From Clostridiales bacterium (GTDB taxonomy: Bacteria; Bacillota; Clostridia; Lachnospirales; JAQSXR01), in the NCBI GenBank assembly GCA_029256575.1, contig JAQSXR010000012.1:908-64907 (forward strand): a stretch of DNA of 64,000 nt, read 5' to 3'. The notes under the pieces are model-generated. The model was given only the letters and a program-made list of their open reading frames with translations, searched no databases and had not been told where the DNA came from. Made by a program: the position numbers and the translations under genes. Below are positions 1 through 9,647 of the stretch, one piece after another (position 1 is the first letter of the stretch; each line of letters opens with the position of its first letter).

Positions 1-65
1 AGAGTTGCATCACATCCGCTGTAGATAGACGAAACGCAACAAATATGAGTATAAGGAGAATAAAA

Positions 66-1112
66 ATGATACCTGATATTAAAAGAAAAGAAATTGCAAC
101 CAAAAGACTTACAGTTTCATATCTTGAGGAGGGGGACCCTACAAAGGAACTTATAATTCTTATTCACGGAAATACTTCCTCCAACCTGTTCTATTTAGGA
201 AATATCGAAGAGTTGAGTAAAGATTTTCATGTTATTGCCCCTGATTTAAGAGGTTATGGATTAACTGAGAAGCTTCCAATCGATTCAACCCGTGGACTTC
301 GTGTGTGGTCTGAAGATATTAAATCTTTTCTACAAGCACTCAATATCACTAAAAAACCTCATTTTCTTGGTTGGTCTATGGGCGGAGGAGTTGTAATGCA
401 ATATGCAATTGATTATCCGAACGAAGTTGCCTCCCTAACACTTGTAAATCCACTTTCCCCATTTGGCTATAGCGGAACGAAAGACGAAAAAGGTACGGTT
501 AATAACGAATTTTACTCCGGTACCGGTGGGGGCTCAGTGAATGCAAGTTTTGTTCAAGCATTAAAAGATAAAATAAAAGATGCTTCAAATCCCTTCTCTG
601 CACCATCTGTTTTAAAATCATACTTTGCCCCTGGATATGTAATCGACCCTGAATGGGAAGAAGTTTTTGTAACTAGTATGCTTGATATGGAAATCGGGGA
701 TGACTTTTATCCTGGAAATTCTACAGCCTGTGATGTTTGGCCTTATGTTGCTCCAGGTGATAGAGGGATCGGAAATACTATGTCACCAAGATATGTTAAC
801 TTGTCTTCATTTGCACAGATAACTCCAAAGCCTCCTATCCTCTGGATTAGAGGAGCACAAGACGCTATTGTATCCGATACTTGTATGCTCGATATTGGAT
901 ATCTAGGTAAACTGGGTTTCGTTCCAGGATGGCCTGGAGATGAAACATTCCCTGCACATCCTATGGTTACTCAAACCAGATACATACTTGACAAATACAA
1001 AGAAAACGGTGGAACTTATGAAGAGTTCGTCTTTGAAGACGCAGGACACGGCCCAAATATTGAAAAACCGAATGAATTCAATAAAAAATTTAAAAGCTTT
1101 ATTGCAGGTTAA
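66..1112 (+). CDS. alpha/beta-fold hydrolase
   Basis: ORF 45..1112. HGNTSS region and GWSMGGG nucleophile elbow (G-x-S-x-G). Start moved to ATG 66, which has AAGGAG 7 nt upstream. Confidence 0.85.
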   Translation: MIPDIKRKEIATKRLTVSYLEEGDPTKELIILIHGNTSSNLFYLGNIEELSKDFHVIAPDLRGYGLTEKLPIDSTRGLRVWSEDIKSFLQALNITKKPHFLGWSMGGGVVMQYAIDYPNEVASLTLVNPLSPFGYSGTKDEKGTVNNEFYSGTGGGSVNASFVQALKDKIKDASNPFSAPSVLKSYFAPGYVIDPEWEEVFVTSMLDMEIGDDFYPGNSTACDVWPYVAPGDRGIGNTMSPRYVNLSSFAQITPKPPILWIRGAQDAIVSDTCMLDIGYLGKLGFVPGWPGDETFPAHPMVTQTRYILDKYKENGGTYEEFVFEDAGHGPNIEKPNEFNKKFKSFIAG

Positions 1113-1129
1113 ATATTCGATTTACGAAT

Positions 1130-1169
1130 AAAACAAGCTGAGTAGGAAATTCCTTACTCAGCTTGTTTT
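1130..1169. terminator. bidirectional rho-independent terminator between convergent genes
   Basis: Long inverted repeat AAAACAAGCTGAGTAGG / CCTTACTCAGCTTGTTTT, flanked by an A-run and a T-run. Confidence 0.8.
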
Positions 1170-1187
1170 ATAAACTTACATAACTTT

Positions 1188-2900
1188 CTATATTTTGAAA
1201 ATCGAAGTCATCCGACTTAATTCTTCTGCTATTTCTGTCTGATGTTGTGCCGTTCTCGCAACTTCCTCCATCGCTCTTGTTGTCTGTTCCATACTAATTA
1301 ATATACCTTCGGAGTTATTCGTAGTATTCTGAACATTATTTACAATCGATTGGACTACTGAGGTTATTTCTCCTGCAGATGTATATAAAGTCTCCGCCAT
1401 TTTGGTAATATTTTGAGACAAATTATTTACAAACACAGCATCTTTTTCATAATTAATACCTGTATCAATTAGCAATTTGTAATCTAATTGAACACGATTC
1501 GCAATAAAGTCTAATATATCTCTTGAATTCAACGATAAATTATCAACTACTGATTGTACATTTGACACAACACTTTGAATATTCTTTACATACCCGGAAG
1601 ATTTCTCTGCAAGCTTTCGAATTTCATCGGCTACGACAGCAAATCCTCTTCCTTGTTCTCCGGCTCTTGCGGATTCTATCGCTGCATTAATAGCCAGTAA
1701 GTTTGTTTGTTCCGAAATGGATGCTATGGATTCAGCAAATATAATAATCTCATCCACTACTTTACCTTGCTCAATTGCTTCTAAAATCTTTTCTTTCTTC
1801 TCTTGATACAACCTATCTGCAATTGTTTTTGATTCTGTCCCTTGGTTCTTAATTTCAATTGATCTATTCTTAATGTCTATCGATTCATCATTACTTTGGA
1901 TAGAATCTGTTGATAGTTTATTAACCCCCGTATTAACTTGATCAACAGTTTCAGACAACTCCTCCGTAACAGCATGAATCTCTTGAATATTATTTACAAT
2001 TGAAGAGGTGTTTTTATCAATTTCAAAGAATGTACTAGATAGTTCTTCTAGTGTTGCAGAGAGATCTTGACTTGAGTTCGTTACTTCGTTTGTTTGAATC
2101 ACAATGTTTTGTATTAAATTACGAATCTTTGCTCTTGCAATATTTAGTGCTTTAATTAATTTACCTAGTTCATCGTTACTCTTCATCTGGATTTCATATG
2201 TAAAATCGCCATTCCCCATAGCTTCAGCTAATTTTAAGCCTTTCTTTGCATTTCTGGAAATGTAAAAAGAAAGATAAAGACCTATTACAACAGCTAACAC
2301 AGTCCCCACAATAATTACAATACTCATAGTCCGTACCGTACTATCATAAGTTTTCTGATTTGTTTTATTGTCTTCAGAAGCCATGTTTTGATTTTTAATA
2401 ATCAAGGAATCAACTACAGATGAAATTTGTAACCTAATTTCGTTTACTCCATTCATATTTGCTTCAGCTAAATCATAATCTCCATTCACAGCTAATTCTA
2501 ATACATTCGTTCTTCTTAAGCGATATTCGTCCAACAACTCCTGAATCATATCATAATCAGTCTGCATATCTTCAGGGATTTCATGTTGGCCAAATGATGT
2601 TAATATTGTTGAATTTTCCTGTAAAAGAATATTAATTTTTTTAATTGCTGTTGTTGTTTTCTTCTCATCTCGATAAAAAACAGCGGCATCGATCTCAGAA
2701 CGAAGATTTAACAAGCTTTGCTTAAGCAAGTGAAGTTGATCAACACTTTTTAAATTTGAATTAAATATTGTTTCCGCATTTTTACCAATTGTATTAATTC
2801 CGTTCATACCAATTGCCCCTACCACAACCAAAAGTCCTGCAACAAAAAGAAACCCCAATAACAATTTAACTTTAATAGTGATTTTACGAAATATCTTCAT
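1188..2900 (-). CDS. methyl-accepting chemotaxis protein
   Basis: N-terminal TM, second TM followed by a HAMP-like segment, and a C-terminal signalling domain ([31 protein letters not shown]). Start moved to the MKIFRK ATG, preceded by GAGAGGTGG. Confidence 0.9.
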   Translation of the reverse strand: MKIFRKITIKVKLLLGFLFVAGLLVVVGAIGMNGINTIGKNAETIFNSNLKSVDQLHLLKQSLLNLRSEIDAAVFYRDEKKTTTAIKKINILLQENSTILTSFGQHEIPEDMQTDYDMIQELLDEYRLRRTNVLELAVNGDYDLAEANMNGVNEIRLQISSVVDSLIIKNQNMASEDNKTNQKTYDSTVRTMSIVIIVGTVLAVVIGLYLSFYISRNAKKGLKLAEAMGNGDFTYEIQMKSNDELGKLIKALNIARAKIRNLIQNIVIQTNEVTNSSQDLSATLEELSSTFFEIDKNTSSIVNNIQEIHAVTEELSETVDQVNTGVNKLSTDSIQSNDESIDIKNRSIEIKNQGTESKTIADRLYQEKKEKILEAIEQGKVVDEIIIFAESIASISEQTNLLAINAAIESARAGEQGRGFAVVADEIRKLAEKSSGYVKNIQSVVSNVQSVVDNLSLNSRDILDFIANRVQLDYKLLIDTGINYEKDAVFVNNLSQNITKMAETLYTSAGEITSVVQSIVNNVQNTTNNSEGILISMEQTTRAMEEVARTAQHQTEIAEELSRMTSIFKI

Positions 2901-3159
2901 TGATATACCACCTCTCAATTTATAGTGAACATAATCATACACCGTTATCCATTTTTTTACAATAATATATGTAAATTATGTCAATTATTTTGTTTTATCA
3001 TAAATATATCGAATATGGTTACTTCTGTATAATTATACATGATTAAGTTCGTTATTATTGCAATATATCAATGTGAGTAGTTAATGGAGCATTAACTATC
3101 GTAACATTTCCGAGTAGAATTCATATATTAATCAAGAGAGTAACCTTGGAGATATAATT

Positions 3160-3708
3160 ATGAATTACATCAATAATCATAACCATTATGCTTATGGTGA
3201 GATGTTTCCTTCCGCTACATCGAAAACGTCAACATTATCTGTGGAGCCTCCTCCAATAGGACCGGACAGTATTTTCACATATCCATATAATGTGGCTAAT
3301 GCACTTGGAATAATACAGGAAGTCGTTTCTGGTGAAAATGAAGATAAAATGTTATATAATTACCTTCTCCAGAATGCAACTTCTGATGATGAGAAAATCA
3401 TCATTTCAGGTATACGTAATGACGAAATTAATCACTATCGAATGTTCCGCGAATTATATACCGTACTGACCGGAGAAACGATACCTCCTAGATTAAGAAC
3501 AACGGAAATAGAATCGATAGAAACTTATTGTGAAGGCCTTAAAATAGCAATTATAAGGGAGCAAGAAGCAATTCGAAAATACCGACAAATTCTTTATGCA
3601 CTTCAAACAAATGTTGATATTAATAAACTTACCGAAATAATTACTGATAAAATCATCCATAGTTCACTATATAATTACTTGTATTCTAAGAATGCATGTA
3701 AGCTTTAA
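3160..3708 (+). CDS. ferritin-like domain protein (unassigned subfamily)
   Basis: 182-aa ORF with E..H-containing helices (GIRNDEINHYRMFRELY; IREQEAIRKYRQ). Weak SD TTGGAGAT. Confidence 0.6.
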   Translation: MNYINNHNHYAYGEMFPSATSKTSTLSVEPPPIGPDSIFTYPYNVANALGIIQEVVSGENEDKMLYNYLLQNATSDDEKIIISGIRNDEINHYRMFRELYTVLTGETIPPRLRTTEIESIETYCEGLKIAIIREQEAIRKYRQILYALQTNVDINKLTEIITDKIIHSSLYNYLYSKNACKL

Positions 3709-3782
3709 TAAAGTATGCATTATAATTTCCCAAATTAAAATGCCGCAAAAAACTCTAACTTCGAGTCTCTTGCGGCATTGAT

Positions 3783-4568
3783 TTATTTCATATCATTGAA
3801 CATATCACTAACTTTAATCTCAGGATGATGGTATCGATCTCTTTTTAGCGTTCCTTTTCTATACTGAATCGCTTGCTTCGGACACCAATGCATACATGCA
3901 AGGCAATGTTCACATTGATGAAGCCATTGCGGTCTTTTATTCTCTAAAACTATGTTGTTAGAAGGACAAACCTTGACACAAATACTACATCCATTACAGT
4001 TATCACAAGTCCAAAAATTTTTATCTTTAGTTTTTGGTTTAAAAGCTTTCGAAAGAGTTGCTCCAAGAAGTTTTGCTGAAATACTATTAATTTCATCAAA
4101 TGGCACAGTCTGCGCTTTTGATATACTCTCAATAATTTGCTCTATTTTTTCTTGTTCAAGTTTGAAAAGCTTTTGTTGTTTTTCAATTGAAGGTGGTGCT
4201 ATCATTACTTGATAATTATCTGGCATCAAGATAGTATATGCGGAAGATAACGTTAACGACTTTTTATGTAGTATATCTTTTGTTTGTTTTATAGCAGCTC
4301 CTACAGAACCCCCGCATGTAGCTACAACATAAATATAGCAGCCCTCACAAACATTTAAGTTCTGAACAAATTCCTTCACCATAACTGGCAAACCATAATA
4401 GTAAACAGGAAATATGATGCCTACCTTTGTATATGGTTTATGACTAATTTCAGAAGTATTTTCTTTACATATTTTTATAAGTTCTGTATTTCCTAACTTA
4501 CTAGCTATGTCTTTCGCCACTTTTAATGAATTACCAGATCCACTGAAATAATATATTACTGAGCTCAT
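3783..4568 (-). CDS. flavodoxin-like plus 2x[4Fe-4S] ferredoxin fusion (EFR1-type)
   Basis: N-terminal YYFSGSGNS flavodoxin-like motif. C-terminal CNGCSICVKVCP and CEHCLACMHWCP cluster motifs. SD GAGGAG. Confidence 0.8.
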   Translation of the reverse strand: MSSVIYYFSGSGNSLKVAKDIASKLGNTELIKICKENTSEISHKPYTKVGIIFPVYYYGLPVMVKEFVQNLNVCEGCYIYVVATCGGSVGAAIKQTKDILHKKSLTLSSAYTILMPDNYQVMIAPPSIEKQQKLFKLEQEKIEQIIESISKAQTVPFDEINSISAKLLGATLSKAFKPKTKDKNFWTCDNCNGCSICVKVCPSNNIVLENKRPQWLHQCEHCLACMHWCPKQAIQYRKGTLKRDRYHHPEIKVSDMFNDMK

Positions 4569-4601
4569 CTATTTCTCCTCTATTCTTCCTATTTTATTTT
4601 C

Positions 4602-5309
4602 TTATACAATCATTTTCCAACTAGATACAGCTAACCAATTTTGACGTTGCTCATAGTCCGGTAATATTTTACCAACCAGACGCCAAAATGATCGATCATG
4701 ATTTAAATGAACCATATGACACATCTCATGCACGACCACATAATCAATCACTTCAAGTGGCGCCATCGCAAGTTTCCAGTTGAAGGTTAACTGTAATTTC
4801 GAATCACAAGTTCCCCAGTTGCTCTTATTATCGGCAATGCGAATAGAACGTGGTTTTTGTTTGAAATTTCTTTGATATGATTGAATACGCCCTTCCACCA
4901 AAGCCTTACATTGTTGATAATAGAATCGTTTTAGTGCTTGTTTTATTCTTTCGTCTTCGTGTTGTTTTACATATATGTTCAGAATGTTTGTCTCAAGCAC
5001 AACATAATCTTGTTTGATATTTATGTCCTCGAAAATCTGTATTTGGATTGATTTTCCTAAATATAGAAATTTCTCACCATGGTCATATTTTTTCTGGGTC
5101 TGCCCCCCGGTTCGTTCTTTCATTTCCTTTGTTTTTTGCTGAATCCAATCCCATTTTTGCTCAATAAATTTGCGCGCACTTTCTTCAGAAGCCTCTTTTG
5201 GTACACGAACTTCAACATTTCCGTATACATCTATATAAATACCCATTGATTTACGTTTTTTATAATTTAATTCAAATTCAATCGTTTCATCTGCAAATGT
5301 ATGTGTCAT
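4602..5309 (-). CDS. YgjP-like (DUF45 / M48-like) zinc metallopeptidase
   Basis: HEMCHMVHLNH zinc-binding motif near the C-terminus; size about 235 aa; SD AGGTGA. Confidence 0.8.
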   Translation of the reverse strand: MTHTFADETIEFELNYKKRKSMGIYIDVYGNVEVRVPKEASEESARKFIEQKWDWIQQKTKEMKERTGGQTQKKYDHGEKFLYLGKSIQIQIFEDINIKQDYVVLETNILNIYVKQHEDERIKQALKRFYYQQCKALVEGRIQSYQRNFKQKPRSIRIADNKSNWGTCDSKLQLTFNWKLAMAPLEVIDYVVVHEMCHMVHLNHDRSFWRLVGKILPDYEQRQNWLAVSSWKMIV

Positions 5310-5428
5310 ATTATCACCTGATATCTGTTATTTTAATAAACTCAACTCTGTTGGTATTATTTATTGTTTCACTAAAAATTATATCATATTTTTACTTTTC
5401 TGCATATGATGTTGTAGGAGGTGATTAC

Positions 5429-6106
5429 TTGCAAATCCCTATAAATTATAAAGCCGAGATTATTAGTCGCGAGTTTCAAAAGATATTTTCTTATAAGTCT
5501 TTCGATTTACTAAACCTTGATATTTCTTATCCAGAAATATTTTTATATCATAATTTAACAGCTCAAGATAATATAAATTATTATTATCAACAAGAAGCAT
5601 ATAAGTTTATTGATTATGCCATTACAGTCCTCCGGCAAAATGCAATTGCTTTATTCCCTTTATTTTCTCCTTATGATGCTGTTATGAAATATACCGTTAC
5701 GCTAAATGAAACTTGTTTACTTAGTACGTATTTTGACCAGTATCAATATGCAGGTGGTGCACACGGTAGTACTTTACGTTCCTCTAGTAACTGGAATCTT
5801 AATACAGGAGCAGAAATCACTTTGAAAGATTTATTTGATGATATGGATAATTATACACAGTTTGTTATCAAACAAATTATCAGTCTAGCTGACCAGCAAA
5901 TGAGTCTAGAAGAACCTATTTATTTTGAGGACTATAAAACTCTAATCTTGAAAAATTTTAATCCAAAAAGCTTTTATATTACGCCAACCGGCTTAACTAT
6001 TTATTACCAACAATACGAAGTCGCTCCCTATGCAGGTGGTATAAGAGAGTTTAATCTATCTTATGAAAGCTTAGGTATATCTAAGCCCGGATGCACGATA
6101 AAATAA
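5429..6106 (+). CDS. DUF3298/DUF4163-type (RsiV-like fold) protein
   Basis: YAGGAHGS motif typical of the family. In-frame TTG at 5429 sits 6 nt after AGGAGGTG. The upstream part of track ORF 5198..6106 is antisense to the neighbouring gene. Confidence 0.7.
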   Translation: MQIPINYKAEIISREFQKIFSYKSFDLLNLDISYPEIFLYHNLTAQDNINYYYQQEAYKFIDYAITVLRQNAIALFPLFSPYDAVMKYTVTLNETCLLSTYFDQYQYAGGAHGSTLRSSSNWNLNTGAEITLKDLFDDMDNYTQFVIKQIISLADQQMSLEEPIYFEDYKTLILKNFNPKSFYITPTGLTIYYQQYEVAPYAGGIREFNLSYESLGISKPGCTIK

Positions 6107-6375
6107 ATATCATTTGTATACTTCATGTTTCTAAATTGTTGTCGGAATAAAAAAATAAAATATAATAAAAAATAACAAATGAATAGTTATGCATATATTA
6201 ACGTACGTTTATAGTTTCATAATTAGTATAAGTTTTCGAAGTTATATACCATATATATATGATTTTATTTTCTAATCGTTTACTTCAAATTAAATTACTT
6301 TTTTATACTAGTATTAATTATAGAATACGGTGTAAATTAATAGATATAAGTTTATCTTACACAATGGAGGAAACT

Positions 6376-6657
6376 ATGAAAGAGCTATATTTAGAAACAA
6401 AAAACGGAAATGTCCCAATCGATCAAGCAATAATTGAAAAATATAATCTAAAAAAAGGAACAATGTCACCGTTTACGAATAGTCGCATTGTAGATAAAGA
6501 CGGTGAATTTTATGTGGATCAGCCGACAACTAAGAAGTTATCCTATCAACCTGACGACGGAATAGCTGAAATGGATCACGGCTTATCATTATCCACCTCT
6601 GAAATGCTCGATATAGCTGCAGGAGTAGATTCAGATGTTGAAAACAGTACAACATAA
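6376..6657 (+). CDS. hypothetical small acidic protein (93 aa)
   Basis: ATG 6376 preceded by GGAGGAAACT. No family recognised. Confidence 0.5.
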   Translation: MKELYLETKNGNVPIDQAIIEKYNLKKGTMSPFTNSRIVDKDGEFYVDQPTTKKLSYQPDDGIAEMDHGLSLSTSEMLDIAAGVDSDVENSTT

Positions 6658-6672
6658 TATAGCACAATATAA

Positions 6673-6725
6673 AAATACAAAGAATAGATAGCAGTTTTTC
6701 AAAACTTTATCTATTCTTTGTATTT
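6673..6725. terminator. bidirectional terminator
   Basis: 18-bp inverted repeat AAATACAAAGAATAGATA / TATCTATTCTTTGTATTT between convergent genes. Confidence 0.8.
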
Positions 6726-6732
6726 TAGATAT

Positions 6733-7341
6733 TTATATTGATTTTACGAAATAATTACTTCCATTTACAGACTCTTGTTTAAATCCCATTTTCTTAAAAT
6801 ATTCATCAAGAGTATCATTCGATGATTGATATATGAATTTAGAATAACCTTTATTAAGGAAAAAGTCTTTACTGTTTTCAAAAATGAATTTCCCTATTTT
6901 AAAATCTCTGTATTCTGGTATTACAAAGTCAAGTTCTATCTTCAATGTATTATCATTATGTTTAGATGCTACAAAGACACCAGCTGGAACCATATTTCTC
7001 AAAATAAAAAAGCATACATCCGAATCATTAATACTATGATTCATTTCAATTCCTGATTTATAATATTCTAAGAATTGCTTATAGTAGAGTGAACTACTTT
7101 CGAAAGGAAGAATCTTGAAGTATTCCTTTGTTTTATAAATCTTAACAAGATAGTATATATTAATGCTACAAGTACATAAGTTCATAAATCCTACCGGAAA
7201 TGCTCCTATTGAAAATCCGTATACAGCAAAAATAGCAGATCCTAAAAGGTTAATCCATCTTAATTTAATAATTGAACTCATTAATAAAGAAATTAGTACA
7301 ATAAGTGAAGCTAAATAACCCAACCATTCTAACCAATTCAT
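6733..7341 (-). CDS. three-TM YgjV/SemiSWEET-like membrane module fused to a GNAT-like domain
   Basis: N-terminal about 70 aa form three hydrophobic helices. C-terminal region has a GNAT-like beta4-alpha3 segment (EYRDFKIGKFIF). SD AGGAGA. Confidence 0.65.
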   Translation of the reverse strand: MNWLEWLGYLASLIVLISLLMSSIIKLRWINLLGSAIFAVYGFSIGAFPVGFMNLCTCSINIYYLVKIYKTKEYFKILPFESSSLYYKQFLEYYKSGIEMNHSINDSDVCFFILRNMVPAGVFVASKHNDNTLKIELDFVIPEYRDFKIGKFIFENSKDFFLNKGYSKFIYQSSNDTLDEYFKKMGFKQESVNGSNYFVKSI

Positions 7342-7401
7342 TTATATTTCTCCTATCTATATTGATAAATAATATTTTATCATTTACCATTACAATTTAC
7401 A

Positions 7402-7484
7402 ACAAGAAAGCGGCTACGCCTCACTAGTGAAACAGAAAAGTTTGGTCTCTTGCGAGCAAGACGAACTTTCCTATTTCATAAAAA
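7402..7484 (-). ncRNA. candidate structured RNA element, copy 1 (unassigned; strand tentative)
   Basis: 72/83 identical, ungapped, to 18881..18963. Long imperfect hairpin plus a small GC hairpin. Lies between an upstream terminator and the start codon at 7341. Confidence 0.45.
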
Positions 7485-7513
7485 GAGTAGCTTCAGATTA
7501 CACAGAAACTACT
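7480..7513 (-). terminator. rho-independent terminator of the metNIQ-amidohydrolase operon
   Basis: Minus-strand stem AGTAGTTTC / GAAGCTACT (9 bp including one G-U) followed by CTTTTTAT. Confidence 0.7.
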
Positions 7514-7535
7514 TCTCTCACTATAACTATATACT

Positions 7536-8702
7536 TTATCTTAATTGTTCTAATGCAAAATCTGCATACAAATTCGCTGCGATTAGAATTCCATCTTCGT
7601 CAACGTCAAATTTATTGGAATGTAATGGTGAAGTTGTGTTTGGCTTATTACTGTTTCCCGTCCCAATAATTGCATAAACCCCAGGTACACTTAACAAATA
7701 TTCTGCAAAATCATCACCACCTAAAGATTTCTCTATTGTAATGATATTTTCTTCTCCGACGATATCTTGTGCCACTTTTGCTACTTCTGTACACACACCT
7801 GCATCGTTAATTAGTGGAGAAGTAAAATCTTCAAATATCACTTCAGCTTCTGCACCATAGGAATTTGCTACATTCATTGCAATATCTGTAATACTTTTAT
7901 TTGTCTGTTCTCTGGTCTTCATTGAAAAACATCTCGTTGTTCCTTCCATCATTGCCTCTTCTGCGATAATGTTATATGCAGTTCCTGCTTTTATTAACCC
8001 AATTCCAACAACTACAGTATCCAAAGGATTAACTTGTCTACTTACAATACCTTGGAGATTAACAACAATTTGTGATGCAATGTACAAAGCATCAATTCCT
8101 AAATGAGGAGTAGAGACATGAGCACTTTTGCCTGTTACTCTTATTTTAAAATGGTCAACTGAAGCATTTACAGGGCCTTTAGTGATTGCTATCTGACCAA
8201 CCGGAACACCAGGTGATACATGGATTCCAAGAACACGACTCGCTCCATCCAAAAGACCATCATTAATAAATATTCTTGCTCCTCTACCAAACTCTTCTCC
8301 CTGTTGAAAGAATAGGGCAACTTGTCCATTTAATTGACCTTCTAGTTTTTTAAGAGCTTCAGCTGCTCCAAGCAAAGCCGTCATATGGACGTCATGTCCA
8401 CATGCATGCATAAACCCTACATTAGATGATGCATATTCTTCCGTTTTTTGATCCAACATTCTTAATGCATCTATATCGGCTCGAAGAACTATTTTTCGAT
8501 CTGACTGACCATTTCCTCTGATCAATCCGTATACACCAGTTTCTCCAACTCTTTTATGTTCAATCCCTAATCTATCTAGCTCTTCTTCGATTTTTAAAGC
8601 AGTCTCAAACTCCTCCATACTCGCTTCAGGATGCTTATGAAAGAATCTTCTAAGAGATATCAAATTTTCTTTTTCAGTTATTATATATGGTTTTATTGTC
8701 AT
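7536..8702 (-). CDS. M20 family amidohydrolase (N-acyl-amino-acid amidohydrolase type)
   Basis: HPEASMEE, ACGHDVH and GGDDF motifs. Start moved to MTIKP, preceded by AGGAGG. Confidence 0.9.
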   Translation of the reverse strand: MTIKPYIITEKENLISLRRFFHKHPEASMEEFETALKIEEELDRLGIEHKRVGETGVYGLIRGNGQSDRKIVLRADIDALRMLDQKTEEYASSNVGFMHACGHDVHMTALLGAAEALKKLEGQLNGQVALFFQQGEEFGRGARIFINDGLLDGASRVLGIHVSPGVPVGQIAITKGPVNASVDHFKIRVTGKSAHVSTPHLGIDALYIASQIVVNLQGIVSRQVNPLDTVVVGIGLIKAGTAYNIIAEEAMMEGTTRCFSMKTREQTNKSITDIAMNVANSYGAEAEVIFEDFTSPLINDAGVCTEVAKVAQDIVGEENIITIEKSLGGDDFAEYLLSVPGVYAIIGTGNSNKPNTTSPLHSNKFDVDEDGILIAANLYADFALEQLR

Positions 8703-8712
8703 AACAGACCTC

Positions 8713-9609
8713 CTATTTCCATGTTGGAATATAGGCTCCATTATATGCTTCTTTAATTACATTTGCAACTTCTGTCGTTCTATACGCTGTAACAACTTTT
8801 TGATATAATGCACTCTCAGCATCTTCTGTTCTTGCAACTATAATGTTGATATATGGGTTATCACTACCTTCTTGAATCGTTTCTAAGTAAATAGAATCTG
8901 TCTCAGGAACTAACCCAGCATCAACTGCATGGCCTCCATTAATTACGGCAGCCGCAACGTCTGGTAGAAGACTTGATGTATTTGCCGCTTCAACTTCAAA
9001 AAATTCTAATTTCAATTTATTTTCTGTAATATTACTTAAAGTTGGTAAATAGCCTGTTGCTGGATCAATTATTATTAGTCCTGCTGCTTCTAATAATTTT
9101 AGAGAACGCCCTCCGTTTGTTGCATCATTTGGAATTGCTATCTTATCGCCCTCTTTTATTTCATTTAAATCCGTTATTTTGCTTGAATATAATCCTAATG
9201 GTGCAATAATCGTTTCACCAATCACCGTTAATTGAAAGCCTTTATCTTTTATTTCATTGTTTAGATATGCATAATGTTGGAATGCATTTAAGTCAATTTC
9301 ACTGTCTGCCAACGCTTGATTTGGTAATGTGTAATCTGCAAACTTTATTATTTCTAACGTAATTCCTTCTTCTGCTAATGTTGCAATTACAGGTTCCCAT
9401 TGCTCATTGTTCTCACCAACAACCCCCAGTTTAATCACACTTCCTTCAAACTCATTTGTTGAATTATCACTCGATGTTTGAGTTTTAGTTCCGTCTTTTG
9501 TTGATGAAACGGTTGCGTCTTCTGAATTCTTTGAAGCGCATGCCGCTAACCCTAGTATTAATAATATAGTGATTGTTAATAATGATATTGCTTTTTTTGT
9601 ATTTTTCAT
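8713..9609 (-). CDS. metQ: methionine ABC transporter substrate-binding lipoprotein (MetQ/NlpA family)
   Basis: Lipobox LGLAAC after the signal peptide; NlpA-family body; adjacent to metI and metN. Confidence 0.9.
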   Translation of the reverse strand: MKNTKKAISLLTITILLILGLAACASKNSEDATVSSTKDGTKTQTSSDNSTNEFEGSVIKLGVVGENNEQWEPVIATLAEEGITLEIIKFADYTLPNQALADSEIDLNAFQHYAYLNNEIKDKGFQLTVIGETIIAPLGLYSSKITDLNEIKEGDKIAIPNDATNGGRSLKLLEAAGLIIIDPATGYLPTLSNITENKLKLEFFEVEAANTSSLLPDVAAAVINGGHAVDAGLVPETDSIYLETIQEGSDNPYINIIVARTEDAESALYQKVVTAYRTTEVANVIKEAYNGAYIPTWK

Positions 9610-9647
9610 AATTTCTTCCTCCTAATTTTTCTAAATTAATATTTCAC

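Noticed and set aside
940-1131. Many short track ORFs nested in or antisense to larger genes, for example 940..1131, 3950..4212, 6826..7056, 10370..10573, 11120..11437, 12752..13117, 14126..14596, 15784..16128, 17478..17804, 22180..22623, 27063..27281, 31410..31706, 33329..33922, 35734..35961, 36526..36825, 40311..40577, 44716..44910, 46141..46425, 47304..47600, 48818..49060, 52104..52721, 53036..53392, 55715..56430, 56990..57347 and 63643..63852.
   Set aside because: Each overlaps a longer ORF with recognisable family motifs and a proper SD. None has its own SD or a recognisable domain.
5198-5428. N-terminal extensions offered by the ORF track here, and similar ones at 2901..2942, 8703..8741, 12229..12237, 16404..16418, 18569..18595, 22069..22116, 23298..23336, 25324..25398, 32640..32672, 38248..38280, 44555..44599, 53702..53764, 56545..56565, 58446..58454, 60992..61015 and 62913..63005.
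   Set aside because: In each case an internal ATG, GTG or TTG has a strong SD at 5-10 nt and yields the family-typical N-terminus. The extensions overlap neighbouring genes, promoters or operators.
7402-7484. Assignment of the repeated element to a guanidine-II (mini-ykkC), c-di-GMP-I/II, preQ1, fluoride or ZTP riboswitch.
   Set aside because: Apical loops are C(A/U)CG and variable tetraloops, not ACGR. None of the conserved cores of those classes, as I remember them, are present. Left unassigned.
7427-7677. Two overlapping plus-strand ORFs (80 and 75 aa) spanning the conserved element, the terminator and the amidohydrolase 3' end.
   Set aside because: They run through a terminator hairpin and antisense to a real gene. 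The conserved region is better explained as RNA structure: substitutions fall in loops, with no codon-like pattern.
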